From positions 5,378-69,377 of the forward strand of contig JAHCRF010000001.1 of NCBI GenBank assembly GCA_020148055.1: a DNA stretch of 64,000 nucleotides. The letters run 5' to 3'. Shown here in pieces: positions 19,535 through 28,738 of the stretch; the first letter of the stretch is position 1, and each line of letters begins with the position of its first letter. The notes beneath the pieces were generated by a model. The model searched no databases and had not been told where the DNA came from. It was given only the letters and a program-made list of their open reading frames with translations. The translations under genes were made by a program, and so were the position numbers. Origin of the DNA: Patescibacteria group bacterium. GTDB taxonomy: Bacteria; Patescibacteriota; Minisyncoccia; Minisyncoccales; JAHCRE01.

Positions 19535-20047
19535 TCATTTTTTTAAAAGATATTTTTCAGGATTTTTTTCTAAATCAATGAACTCATCAGCTGTTTCTTT
19601 TAAAAGCAAAGCTGCTGATTTTCCAAAGGCAATAACCTCTATTCTTTTTCCTCGGTTCTTTAAATATTCAGCCAAAGCGACAAAATCACCATCTCCAGAA
19701 ACCAAAACTAAAGTATCAAGACTAGGAGCTATTCTAATAGCATCAATAACTATTCCTACATCCCAATCAGCTTTTTTCAAACCACCATAAAACTCCTGAA
19801 GATCTCTGACTCTAGTTTCAATTCCCAATTTAGTTAAGGCCTCGAAGAAAGGTTTTTCTTCTCCTGTTTTTGTTCTGACAACATAGGCAAAGGCTCTAAT
19901 TAAATTTCTTCCACTTACAGCTAACTTTAAAATTTCTCGAAAATTAACTCTAGCTTGGTAAAGATTTTTTGCCGAGTGGTAGAGATTCTGGACATCAATT
20001 AAGACAGCTACTCTTTGACCACTATGCTTAATAACCATAATCATCAA
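19535..20047 (-). CDS. NYN domain (LabA/DUF88) protein
   Basis: IDVQNLY, KADWDVGIVID, LVSGDGDF, ADEFIDL. Confidence 0.92.
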   Translation of the reverse strand: MMIMVIKHSGQRVAVLIDVQNLYHSAKNLYQARVNFREILKLAVSGRNLIRAFAYVVRTKTGEEKPFFEALTKLGIETRVRDLQEFYGGLKKADWDVGIVIDAIRIAPSLDTLVLVSGDGDFVALAEYLKNRGKRIEVIAFGKSAALLLKETADEFIDLEKNPEKYLLKK

Positions 20048-20113
20048 CGAATACCTAATCTGTTACAAATATACGAATATTCGCAAATTCGAAAAGGATT
20101 CGTTATTTGTTGA

Positions 20114-20380
20114 TTATTTCTTAAGACCTATTTTTTTCACAATGCTATTGTATCTTTTTTTATCATTTTCTTTTAAATAATTTAGCAATTTTTTTCTTTT
20201 AGCCACCATTTTTAAAAGGCCCCTTTTTGAATGGAAATCCTTTGAATGTTTTTTTAAATGTAAAAGCAATCTTTTTATTTCTTCAGTTAATAAAGCAATC
20301 TGGACTTCTGGCGAGCCAGAATCTGCCTTATGAATCTTATATCTTTCAATTAATTTCAATTTTTCTTCAAGAGTGAGCAT
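20114..20380 (-). CDS. rpsO: 30S ribosomal protein S15
   Basis: [25 protein letters not shown]. Confidence 0.97.
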   Translation of the reverse strand: MLTLEEKLKLIERYKIHKADSGSPEVQIALLTEEIKRLLLHLKKHSKDFHSKRGLLKMVAKRKKLLNYLKENDKKRYNSIVKKIGLKK

Positions 20381-20487
20381 CGAATCTACTTTTATTTTAT
20401 ACCAAAAATAAAAAAAAAGCCAAAAGCCTTTTCACTAATAACTAAGAACTATCAACTAATAACTAAAATTGCAAAGCAATTTTCCAG

Positions 20488-20560
20488 TGCCTCCAGCAGG
20501 AGTCGAACCTGCAACTCACGGCTTAAGAGGCCGTTACTCTTCCAATTGAGTTATGGAGGC
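20488..20560 (-). tRNA. tRNA-Lys(CTT)
   Basis: Cloverleaf GCCTCCA...TGGAGGCA; anticodon arm ACGGC-CTCTTAA-GCCGT; GTTCGAC T loop. Confidence 0.93.
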
Positions 20561-20569
20561 AAATTATGG

Positions 20570-21718
20570 TTATGGTACTGGACAGTTAATAGTATGCCAA
20601 CTCTGAAAGGGACTACCAGCTGGGGTTAGAAAAACGACAATTGTATTCACAATCAACCAAGCAGCCAGGACAATGACTAGACCAATTACAGTTGCTTTTA
20701 AAAGCTTTTTTCCTCCTCTGATTTTTTCTGGGTCTCCTGTGGCAGTCAAAAGCATTATTCCACTAATTACGAACATTAGAACTGCCAAGGGGAAAATGAT
20801 ATTTACAGTCACATAATCAACAACCCTTTTAAATAAGACAAGAATATGGCAGAGAGTACAAGGAGCGCTCTCATCAAGAGCTGTACCTGGATCATCTACT
20901 AACCTTCCACAAGGGACAAGTCCTCCATAAAGGCATTCCCAAATAATAAGAGCATCAGTATCATTACAATCCCAACATCCTATTATCCCAGGAGGTAAAT
21001 CAGTTGGATCACAGGGACAATCCATAGTCATAAAGCCATCTCCATCTCCATCCCAGGCGGCCATCATTACTGCAGCATAAATATCGTCAGCCATATCGGC
21101 GGGAGTTCCGCCCCAAATAAATTTTTTATCATTAGCCGTAGTACTAACAACTAAATCGTTCATACTATTGCTACAACAACCGCTAGCTCCATCTCCTTCG
21201 AGTGGAAAAACATATACACCATTGGCATCGGCTGCATTAGCTGCGTTAACTATTGAATCATTGTCATCATTACTCGGTGTATCGATAACTCCATCATCGG
21301 TGCACCCATTCCCACAATAGGGCCCCTCATCACTTATTGGCATAATTATTTTGATTGGTGCCGTCCAGGGATAATTCTGAGCTCTATCTTCAACAGCTGG
21401 TCCCCATTGTTCTCTGTCACCATGAGGAGCGCCACACCCAGCATAAGGAAGAACACCTGTTGCACATACTTTAAGCATATCAATGCCATATATTGTATAC
21501 TTTAGAATAACGTCTTTTTTCTCTAAACTATCAACTACATCATCAATAACATTACAAAGAGTAATCCATTCATTATTCATTGAACCGGAAGTATCTACTA
21601 CAAAAACAATTTCAGCATCAATGACACACAATTCTGCATCAGCTGAAAAAATAGGAATAATTCCTATTAAAATAGATATAATTAAGAAATATAAAACAAA
21701 TATTTTTTTATTTCTCAT
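20570..21718 (-). CDS. vWA-domain protein fused to a C-terminal VirB2/TrbC-like pilin
   Basis: Signal peptide; MIDAS DTSGS; Cys/Asp-rich DGDGDGF..DCND segment; GLVPCG..CTLCH and two TM helices with TATGDPEKI. Confidence 0.82.
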   Translation of the reverse strand: MRNKKIFVLYFLIISILIGIIPIFSADAELCVIDAEIVFVVDTSGSMNNEWITLCNVIDDVVDSLEKKDVILKYTIYGIDMLKVCATGVLPYAGCGAPHGDREQWGPAVEDRAQNYPWTAPIKIIMPISDEGPYCGNGCTDDGVIDTPSNDDNDSIVNAANAADANGVYVFPLEGDGASGCCSNSMNDLVVSTTANDKKFIWGGTPADMADDIYAAVMMAAWDGDGDGFMTMDCPCDPTDLPPGIIGCWDCNDTDALIIWECLYGGLVPCGRLVDDPGTALDESAPCTLCHILVLFKRVVDYVTVNIIFPLAVLMFVISGIMLLTATGDPEKIRGGKKLLKATVIGLVIVLAAWLIVNTIVVFLTPAGSPFQSWHTINCPVP

Positions 21719-21847
21719 ATTAGATTATTATAATACTTTTTTATTTAAATATAAATTTTAAATTCTTAACTTTTTAAATTGATAAGGCAGTTTTACCCCA
21801 CCCTGTTTTTTAATTATAGCCAAATTTTAAATTTTACAAAACATTTG

Positions 21848-21919
21848 TGCCCTCGCCAGGACTCGAACCCGGATCTTCTGTTCCGAAGACAGAGATGTTA
21901 TCCATTACACCACGAGGGC
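21848..21919 (-). tRNA. tRNA-Arg(TCG)
   Basis: GCCCTCG...CGAGGGCA; arm TCTGT-CTTCGGA-ACAGA. Confidence 0.92.
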
Positions 21920-21976
21920 ATATTTAATTGTATCAGAATAATTGAAAAATTCAATATTTTGAGTTAAAATAAAGTC

Positions 21977-23443
21977 ATGGAAATTCCCAGAGAAGTAAAA
22001 TTTGTTATTAATGAATTAAAAAAAGCAGGCTTTGAAGCTTATATTGTTGGGGGCTGTGTTAGAGATTTTTTAAGACATGTGGAACCTCAAGATTGGGATG
22101 TAGCGACCAACGCCAAACCTGAAGAAATTGGGGAAATTTTTTTAAGGAGTTTTATCAATAACAAATTTGGGACAGTGACCATTTTAACAGATTCAGAAAA
22201 TCCAAGATTGAAGGAAATTGAGATCACCCCCTACAGAATAGATGAGAAATATACAGATAAACGCCATCCGGATAAAATTTCCTGGGCGAAGACTATTGAA
22301 GAAGATTTGGCTAGGAGAGATTTTACTATCAATGCCATGGCCTTAATGGAAATTAAAAATCAAAAGGCAAAAGTCAAAATTATTGATCTTTTTGGCGGCC
22401 AAAAAGATTTAGAGGAAAAAATCATTCGGGCAGTTGGAGATCCAGAAAAAAGATTTTCAGAGGATGCGCTGCGTATGATGAGGGCGGTAAGATTTGCTAC
22501 TATCTTAGATTTTAAGATTGAAGAAAAAACTACTCAGGCAATTAAAAAAAATTCTTTTTGGCTCCAGGCGATTTCAAAAGAGAGAATAAGAGATGAATTT
22601 TTAAAAATTATTATGACAGATAGAGCAGCTGATGGAGTTGAACTTTTGAGATCACTTCCTCTCTTAAAATACATTGTTCCTGAATTAGGAGAGGGTTATG
22701 GAGTTTCCCAAAATAAACACCACATTTATGATTGCTATGAACATTCTATTTTGTCTTTAAAGTATGCTGCAAAAAGAAATTTTAACAAATATGTTAGATT
22801 GGCTGCTTTATTTCATGATATTGCTAAACCTCGGGTTAAAAGAGGGGAAGGACCTGATGCCACTTTTTATGGCCACGAAATTTTAGGAGCAAAAATGACT
22901 AGCCGGATTTTAAATCGGCTAAAATTTCCAAAGAAAGAGATTGAGAAGATTGCCAAACTTGTTAGATATCACCTTTTTTATTATAATCCTGGAGAAGTTT
23001 CTGAGGCCTCGGTGAGAAGATTAGTCCGTCAAGTTGGACCAGAAAATATGGAAGAGTTATTACAAGTTAGAATGGCAGATCGAATTGGCTCAGGTTGCCC
23101 AAAGGCCGAGCCTTATAAATTAAGACATTTGAGATATCTTATCGAAAAAGTCTCCCAAGATCCGATTTCAGTGAAAATGCTCAAAGTTAATGGAAAGGCG
23201 GTAATGAAAATTTTAGATATTCAACCTGGGCCAAAGATAGGCAATGTTTTAGATATTTTACTGAGCTATGTCTTGGAAGATCCTGAGAAGAATGAAAAAG
23301 GATTTTTAGAAAAAGAAGTTGAAAAATTAGCTAGATTATCTGATGAAGAATTAAAAAATTTAGCTCAAAAAGCTAAAAAAGAAAGAGAAAAAATAGAGAT
23401 CAAAAGAGATGAAATGACAAAGAAAAAATATTGGGTAACATAG
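21977..23443 (+). CDS. cca: tRNA nucleotidyltransferase (CCA-adding type) with HD domain
   Basis: VGGCVRD...DWD, DLARRDFTIN, EDALRMMRAVRF, HDIAKP. Confidence 0.92.
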   Translation: MEIPREVKFVINELKKAGFEAYIVGGCVRDFLRHVEPQDWDVATNAKPEEIGEIFLRSFINNKFGTVTILTDSENPRLKEIEITPYRIDEKYTDKRHPDKISWAKTIEEDLARRDFTINAMALMEIKNQKAKVKIIDLFGGQKDLEEKIIRAVGDPEKRFSEDALRMMRAVRFATILDFKIEEKTTQAIKKNSFWLQAISKERIRDEFLKIIMTDRAADGVELLRSLPLLKYIVPELGEGYGVSQNKHHIYDCYEHSILSLKYAAKRNFNKYVRLAALFHDIAKPRVKRGEGPDATFYGHEILGAKMTSRILNRLKFPKKEIEKIAKLVRYHLFYYNPGEVSEASVRRLVRQVGPENMEELLQVRMADRIGSGCPKAEPYKLRHLRYLIEKVSQDPISVKMLKVNGKAVMKILDIQPGPKIGNVLDILLSYVLEDPEKNEKGFLEKEVEKLARLSDEELKNLAQKAKKEREKIEIKRDEMTKKKYWVT

Positions 23444-23446
23444 CTC

Positions 23447-23570
23447 GGGAACACAATTTTTAGGACACGCTCTGCTCCCCAGCGAGGAGCAAGCTCATTT
23501 CCTCGCGAGTTGCTCGCCTTCGGCGAGACCATGCCAACTCGCTGCGGATGGTCCATAAAAATTGATTCCC
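23447..23570. repeat. GC-rich palindromic element with imperfect ~20-bp terminal inverted repeats
   Basis: GGGAACACAATTTTTAGGAC...GTCCATAAAAATTGATTCCC enclosing hairpins GCGAGGA..TCCTCGC and CTCGCC-TTC-GGCGAG; related to 35775-35862. Confidence 0.65.
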
Positions 23571-23591
23571 TCGCTTAAAGATGCTGCGCTG

Positions 23592-23664
23592 CGGGGCATG
23601 GTGTAATGGTTAACATGCAGGCTTCGGGTGCCTGAGATTCCCGGTTCGAGCCCGGGTGCCCCGA
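23592..23664 (+). tRNA. tRNA-Pro(CGG)
   Basis: CGGGGCA...TGCCCCGA; arm CAGGC-TTCGGGT-GCCTG. Confidence 0.93.
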
Positions 23665-23671
23665 CTAGATT

Positions 23672-24316
23672 ATGAAGATTAAATTAATTTTATTTGATTT
23701 TTTTGGGACTTTGGCTTTTCTTTCCAAACGACCAGATCCTTTAAAATTTCTTGGAATTTTAGAGAAATTTGGTTGTGATTTTAATAACTTGAACTGGAAA
23801 AAGGGAGAAGAATCCCTTTCCTCTTTAAATGATTTCTTTTGTAAGGCAAGAAATTGGGAGGATAGTGTTAGATTAATTTTCAAGAGGTTTGGGAAGAGAC
23901 CATCAAGGAAGGCCATTCAGGAAATTACTAGTTTTTTAAAAAAGAATTTAGTTTTCAAGTTTTATAAAGACTTTGCTTTTATAAAAGAACTTCCTTTCAG
24001 AAAGGCACTCTTAACTAGCGCTCCAAAATTTATTTTTTCTAATATCACCTTGGGTGGGTTTGAAAAAATTTTGACTCCTTTGGAAGTTAGGGCCATAAAG
24101 CCAGATCTAAAAGCCTTTTTATCTGCTTTAAAGATATTTAAAATTAAACCTGAAGAAATCTTAATGGTCGGTGATGATTTAGAAGGAGACATAATACCTG
24201 CTGGGAAAATTGGAATGGAGGCGGTATTAATTGATCGAAATAACTCCATTAAGATTAAAAATTCCTCTGTTAAGAAAATTAATTCCTTAAAAGAATTAAA
24301 AAATATTTTAATTTAA
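23672..24316 (+). CDS. HAD-superfamily hydrolase
   Basis: ILFDFFGTL, KPD, MVGDDLEGDI..A...GM. Confidence 0.85.
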   Translation: MKIKLILFDFFGTLAFLSKRPDPLKFLGILEKFGCDFNNLNWKKGEESLSSLNDFFCKARNWEDSVRLIFKRFGKRPSRKAIQEITSFLKKNLVFKFYKDFAFIKELPFRKALLTSAPKFIFSNITLGGFEKILTPLEVRAIKPDLKAFLSALKIFKIKPEEILMVGDDLEGDIIPAGKIGMEAVLIDRNNSIKIKNSSVKKINSLKELKNILI

Positions 24317-24370
24317 TTTTGAGTTTTGGTATTTAAGTTTTGAGTTTGAGCCCAGCTGGGCTGGGCGAAC

Positions 24371-24441
24371 GGGCCTATAGCTCAACGGTAGAGCACTGCT
24401 TTCGCATAGCAAAGATATGGGTTCAATTCCCATTAGGTCCA
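24371..24441 (+). tRNA. tRNA-Ala(CGC)
   Basis: GGGCCTA/TAGGTCC acceptor stem with G3:U70; loop TTCGCAT. Confidence 0.9.
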
Positions 24442-24443
24442 CT

Positions 24444-24827
24444 ATGATTCCTAAACAACTGGGGATTTTAGGTGAAAAAATTGCTTGTCAGTATTTAAAA
24501 AGTAAAGGTTATCAAATTTTAGACAGGAATTACTTAAATAAATTTCTTTCCGGACCCCAAAGAGGAGAAATTGATGTTATTGCCAAGAAAAATAGAACGA
24601 TTAGTTTTATCGAAGTCAAAACTCTTCAAGACCAGACCTCTTTGAAGGGATTTTCGCCGGAAATGAAGGTTAATTTCCAAAAACAAAAGAAAATAATAAA
24701 AACAGCTGAAAACTGGTTGAGAAAAAAGAAAATTCCCTTGAATATTAGATGGCAGATTGATATAATTTCGATTAAGGTCAATCTAAATTCAAAAAAGGCA
24801 AAAATTAATCATTTTAAAAATGTTTGA
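24444..24827 (+). CDS. YraN family (UPF0102) nuclease-like protein
   Basis: LG..GE..A..YL...GY.IL.RN, GEIDVIA, FIEVK. Start moved to ATG 24444 because the tracked start lies in the tRNA. Confidence 0.9.
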   Translation: MIPKQLGILGEKIACQYLKSKGYQILDRNYLNKFLSGPQRGEIDVIAKKNRTISFIEVKTLQDQTSLKGFSPEMKVNFQKQKKIIKTAENWLRKKKIPLNIRWQIDIISIKVNLNSKKAKINHFKNV

Positions 24828-25479
24828 ATTTCTTTGGATAATTTTTAGTTATTTATTAGGGTCAATTCCTTCTGGATTTTTAATCACTCGTTGGTCAACT
24901 AAGAAAAATGTTCTGGAAATAGGTTGGAGGAAAACTTCGGGCTCCAATGTTTTCAAATATGTTGGCAAATGGCAAGGAGCCTTAACCGGAATTTTCGATC
25001 TTTTAAAAGGATATTTAGCTGTCTTCCTTGCTAGAAAATTAGGACTGTCGATTGAGACTCAGATTTTTTCAGGAATAGCTGCCATTTGCGGCCACAACTG
25101 GAGTCTTTTTATTAAATTTGCTGGAGGAAGAGGAGTTGGAACTTTAATTGGAGCCTTTTTAGTAATATCTCCAAAAATTTTAAGTTTTTCTTTAATTCCC
25201 TTTATTCTTTTAGCTTTAATCTGGAATGCTTCGATTGGTACCATTTTATTTTTTCCAACAGCCATTTTCCTCTCAATTTATTTTAATCAATTCGAGATAG
25301 CCGGAATTTTTTCAATTCTAGCTCTCTTTCCGATTTTAATTAAAAGATTAAGCCCAATAAAAGAAATTTTCCAATCGAAAGAAAAAGAAATTTTAATTAG
25401 AAATCGTTTAATTTTTGATAATGACCGAACCCTCTTAGATTTAAGAATAAAAAAAATCTTAAGAAAATTTACTAAATAA
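24820..25479 (+). CDS. plsY: glycerol-3-phosphate acyltransferase PlsY (divergent)
   Basis: SYLLGSIPSG, DLLKG, GHNWSLF..F.GGRGVGT; multiple TM helices. Confidence 0.85.
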   Translation: MFEFLWIIFSYLLGSIPSGFLITRWSTKKNVLEIGWRKTSGSNVFKYVGKWQGALTGIFDLLKGYLAVFLARKLGLSIETQIFSGIAAICGHNWSLFIKFAGGRGVGTLIGAFLVISPKILSFSLIPFILLALIWNASIGTILFFPTAIFLSIYFNQFEIAGIFSILALFPILIKRLSPIKEIFQSKEKEILIRNRLIFDNDRTLLDLRIKKILRKFTK

Positions 25480-25539
25480 TATTAAAAACTTGACACTCGG
25501 TGTTATTTTGTTAAATTAAAATAATGATTTCAGAAAATT

Positions 25540-25563
25540 TGTCCGTTAAGAACGGACATTTTT
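25540..25563 (+). terminator. terminator-like hairpin in the nusA leader (possible attenuator)
   Basis: TGTCCGTT-AAG-AACGGACA-TTTTT, between a TTGACA promoter (25490) and the ATG at 25571. Confidence 0.6.
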
Positions 25564-25570
25564 AAAAACT

Positions 25571-26716
25571 ATGGATATAAAATCTTTCGCCTCAGCGATC
25601 GCCCAGATTGCTGAAGAAAAAGGGATTTCTTCTGAAAAGGTGATTGAGAGTATTGAATCAGCAATAGCTGCAGCTTTCAAAAAGGATTATGGCAAGAAGG
25701 GGCAAAAAATTTTGGCCAAGTTGAATCCGAAAACTGGTGAAGTTAAATTTTGGCAGGTAAAGTCAGTGGTTGATCAGTCAATGATTTTTTCAGAACAAGA
25801 GCTTAAAAAAATAAAGGAGGAAAAGATTAAAATTAAAGAAGATGAAAAAAAAGTTCGTTTTAATCCAGAAAGACATATTATGATTGAAGAGGCTAAAAAG
25901 ATAAGGCCCAAGATTAAAGCCGGGGAGGAATTGATAATTGATCTTCAACCTAAAAAAGATTATGGCCGAATCGCTGCTCAGACAGCGAAGCAGGTGATTT
26001 TGCAAAAAATTAGGGAGGCTGAAAGAGAAGCCATTTATGAAGAATACAAATCAAAGGAAGGAGAAATAACTTCAGGTATAGTCCAGAGAGTTGAGGCTAG
26101 AAATGTTTTCTTAGATATTGGTAAGACCCTTGGGGTTTTGCCAAAAAATGAACAGGTTATAGGAGAGTTCTACCGTCCATCGCAGAGATTGAAGGTCTAT
26201 ATTTTAAAGGTTGAAAAGACTCCCAAAGGACCATTAATCTTTTTATCTCGAGCCTATCCCAAAATTGTTTCTAAACTTTTTGAATTAGAGGTTCCAGAAG
26301 TTTCAGCGGGCCAGGTTGTGATAAAATCTTTAGCTAGGGAACCGGGTTCTCGGACAAAAATTGCTGTTGCCTCAACAGCAGAGGGAGTAGATCCGATTGG
26401 CTCAATGGTTGGTCAAAGAGGAACAAGGGTGATGGCAGTAATTAATGAATTAGGAGGAGAGAAAATTGATATTATTGAATATTCTGAGGATCCAGAACAA
26501 TATATTGCTAATGCAATGTCACCAGCTAAGGTCTCGGAAATAAAAATTATGCCAAAAAACAAGGCCTTGGTGATTGTTTCTGAAGATCAGCTATCCTTGG
26601 CTATTGGTCGGGATGGTCAAAATGTTAGATTAGCGGCGAAATTGACTGGCTGGAAGATTGATGTCAGGGCTTCGGAGGAATCTATCGAGGAGGAAAAAAC
26701 CAAGAAAAAATCGTGA
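25571..26716 (+). CDS. nusA: transcription termination factor NusA
   Basis: GRIAAQTAKQVI, AREPGSRTKIAV, SLAIGRDGQNVRLA. Confidence 0.97.
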   Translation: MDIKSFASAIAQIAEEKGISSEKVIESIESAIAAAFKKDYGKKGQKILAKLNPKTGEVKFWQVKSVVDQSMIFSEQELKKIKEEKIKIKEDEKKVRFNPERHIMIEEAKKIRPKIKAGEELIIDLQPKKDYGRIAAQTAKQVILQKIREAEREAIYEEYKSKEGEITSGIVQRVEARNVFLDIGKTLGVLPKNEQVIGEFYRPSQRLKVYILKVEKTPKGPLIFLSRAYPKIVSKLFELEVPEVSAGQVVIKSLAREPGSRTKIAVASTAEGVDPIGSMVGQRGTRVMAVINELGGEKIDIIEYSEDPEQYIANAMSPAKVSEIKIMPKNKALVIVSEDQLSLAIGRDGQNVRLAAKLTGWKIDVRASEESIEEEKTKKKS

Positions 26717-26740
26717 TCAATTAATTTTTAATTATTCAAG

Positions 26741-28720
26741 ATGATGGTTTTAATAATTACTTCGATATCTGGTCTTATTTCGATTTCTGTAGCAGTCTAT
26801 CTATTTTTTTACATTGTCGGACAGGAAAAAGGGACTAAAAGAATGATTGAAATCTCTGAAGCTATAAAAGAAGGAGCCAATGCTTATTTAAAGAGACAAA
26901 ATAAGAGTTTGGCAATTTTCGTATTGATAATGGCTATTTTGCTTGGAATTTTGTTAGGTTTTAAAGTTGCTCTAGCTTATATTTTTGGGACAATTTGTAC
27001 GGCAATAGCTAGTTTTTTTGGGATGGCAGCTGCGATTAATGCTAATGTCAGAACAACTCATGCCGCCAGAAGAAGTTTAGGCGATGCTTTCAAAGTTTCT
27101 TTTTATGGTGGAGCAATTATGGGGATATCGATTGTCGGGATGGCATTACTTGGAATAAGCATTCTCTATTTCATTTTCGGACCAGAAGGGTTAGATATTA
27201 TTTTGGGTTTTAGTTTCGGAGCGTCTGCCTTAGCCCTTTTTGCTAAAGCAGGCGGTGGAATCTATACAAAAACTGCTGATATTGGAGCAGATTTAGTTGG
27301 GAAAGTGGAATTAGGGATTCCTGAAGATGATCCAAGGAATCCAGCCGTCATTGCTGATAATGTTGGTGATAATGTTGGTGATGTAGCTGGGATGGGGGCT
27401 GATTTAATCGATTCTTATATTGCTTGTCTAATAGCAGCAATGATTTTAGGGAAGAGCTTGGGGATTAATTTTGTTTTACTCCCTCTTTTGATGGGAGCGG
27501 TGGGAATATTCTCTTCTTTAATCGGAATGTTTTTTGTCAAAATTAAAAAGAAAAATCCCGGAACGGCTTTAAATAAGGGAACCTTTTCAACCTGTTTTTT
27601 CTTTGCCATTTTGATATTCTTTCTAATTCATTTTTTAGGATTTTCGAACGAAGGGTTGAAGATTTTCTTCGCTATTCTTTCAGGATTGATTGCTGGAATA
27701 ATAATTGGGATCGCTACTAATTACTTCACTTCAATTGATAAAAAGCCGGTTTTAAAAACGGCTGAAGCGGCAAAAACAGGGGCAGCAATAAATATTTTAT
27801 CAGGATTTTCTTATGGTTTAATTAGTGTTTTACCACCAGTAATCGGAATTTGTGCTGCTATTTTAATTTCTTTTCATTTAGTCGGGATTTATGGAATTTC
27901 AATTTCAGCTGTTGGAATGCTATCTATTGTGGGGACGATAATTTCAGCTGATGCTTACGGACCCATTGTTGACAATGCCAAAGGAATCGCTGAGCAATCA
28001 GGTCTTGGAGAAAAAGTAATAAAAATAACTGATAGATTGGATGCTGCTGGTAATACTTCAAAAGCAATCACTAAAGGTTTTGCAATTGGAGCTGCCGCTT
28101 TAACTGTTCTTTCTCTTTTCGCCGCCTATTCCAAATTAGTTGGAATTGAAAGCTTGGATTTAATGAAACCCGATGTCATGGTTGGAGTTTTCATTGGCGC
28201 TATCACTCCACCATTTTTATCAGCTCTTTTAATTTTAGCAGTTCAAAGAAACGCTGGTAGAATGATTACTGAGGTTAGAAGACAATTTAAAGAAATTCCA
28301 GGCCTGATGGAAGGAAAGGTGAGACCTGATTATGCAAGATGTGTTGATATCGCTACAAAAGGAGCTTTAAAAGAATTAATCTTGCCTTGTCTTTTGACAA
28401 TAATTTTTCCTTTAGCTGTTGGCTTTTTGCTTGGAAAATATGCTTTAGGAGGGTTTTTAGGAGGAAGTATTTTTACTGGGATAATTTTTGCTTTATTAAT
28501 GGCAAACTCAGGAGGAGCCTGGGACAATGCTAAGAAATACATTGAAAAAGGGAACTTTGGGGGAAAAGGTTCAGAAGTCCATAAAGCAGCTATGATCGGA
28601 GATTTAGTTGGGGATCCATTTAAAGATACAGCCGGTCCTACCATTAACACTTTAATTACTGTTATGTCTTTAGTGGCTACTATTTTTGCACCTTTAATTA
28701 TAAAATATGCCCTATTTTGA
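26741..28720 (+). CDS. hppA: membrane-bound pyrophosphatase, probably K+-independent H+-PPase
   Basis: DIGADLVGKVE, EDDPRN, DNVGDNVGD, GDPFKDT; GNTSKA carries Lys at the K+-dependence position. Confidence 0.93.
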   Translation: MMVLIITSISGLISISVAVYLFFYIVGQEKGTKRMIEISEAIKEGANAYLKRQNKSLAIFVLIMAILLGILLGFKVALAYIFGTICTAIASFFGMAAAINANVRTTHAARRSLGDAFKVSFYGGAIMGISIVGMALLGISILYFIFGPEGLDIILGFSFGASALALFAKAGGGIYTKTADIGADLVGKVELGIPEDDPRNPAVIADNVGDNVGDVAGMGADLIDSYIACLIAAMILGKSLGINFVLLPLLMGAVGIFSSLIGMFFVKIKKKNPGTALNKGTFSTCFFFAILIFFLIHFLGFSNEGLKIFFAILSGLIAGIIIGIATNYFTSIDKKPVLKTAEAAKTGAAINILSGFSYGLISVLPPVIGICAAILISFHLVGIYGISISAVGMLSIVGTIISADAYGPIVDNAKGIAEQSGLGEKVIKITDRLDAAGNTSKAITKGFAIGAAALTVLSLFAAYSKLVGIESLDLMKPDVMVGVFIGAITPPFLSALLILAVQRNAGRMITEVRRQFKEIPGLMEGKVRPDYARCVDIATKGALKELILPCLLTIIFPLAVGFLLGKYALGGFLGGSIFTGIIFALLMANSGGAWDNAKKYIEKGNFGGKGSEVHKAAMIGDLVGDPFKDTAGPTINTLITVMSLVATIFAPLIIKYALF

Positions 28721-28738
28721 TAATAAGTCCTAATCCAG

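Noticed and set aside
23447-23570. SRP RNA or riboswitch
   Set aside because: The SRP helix-8 GNRA motif context is absent, no known aptamer consensus is recognisable, and the ends match another intergenic element.
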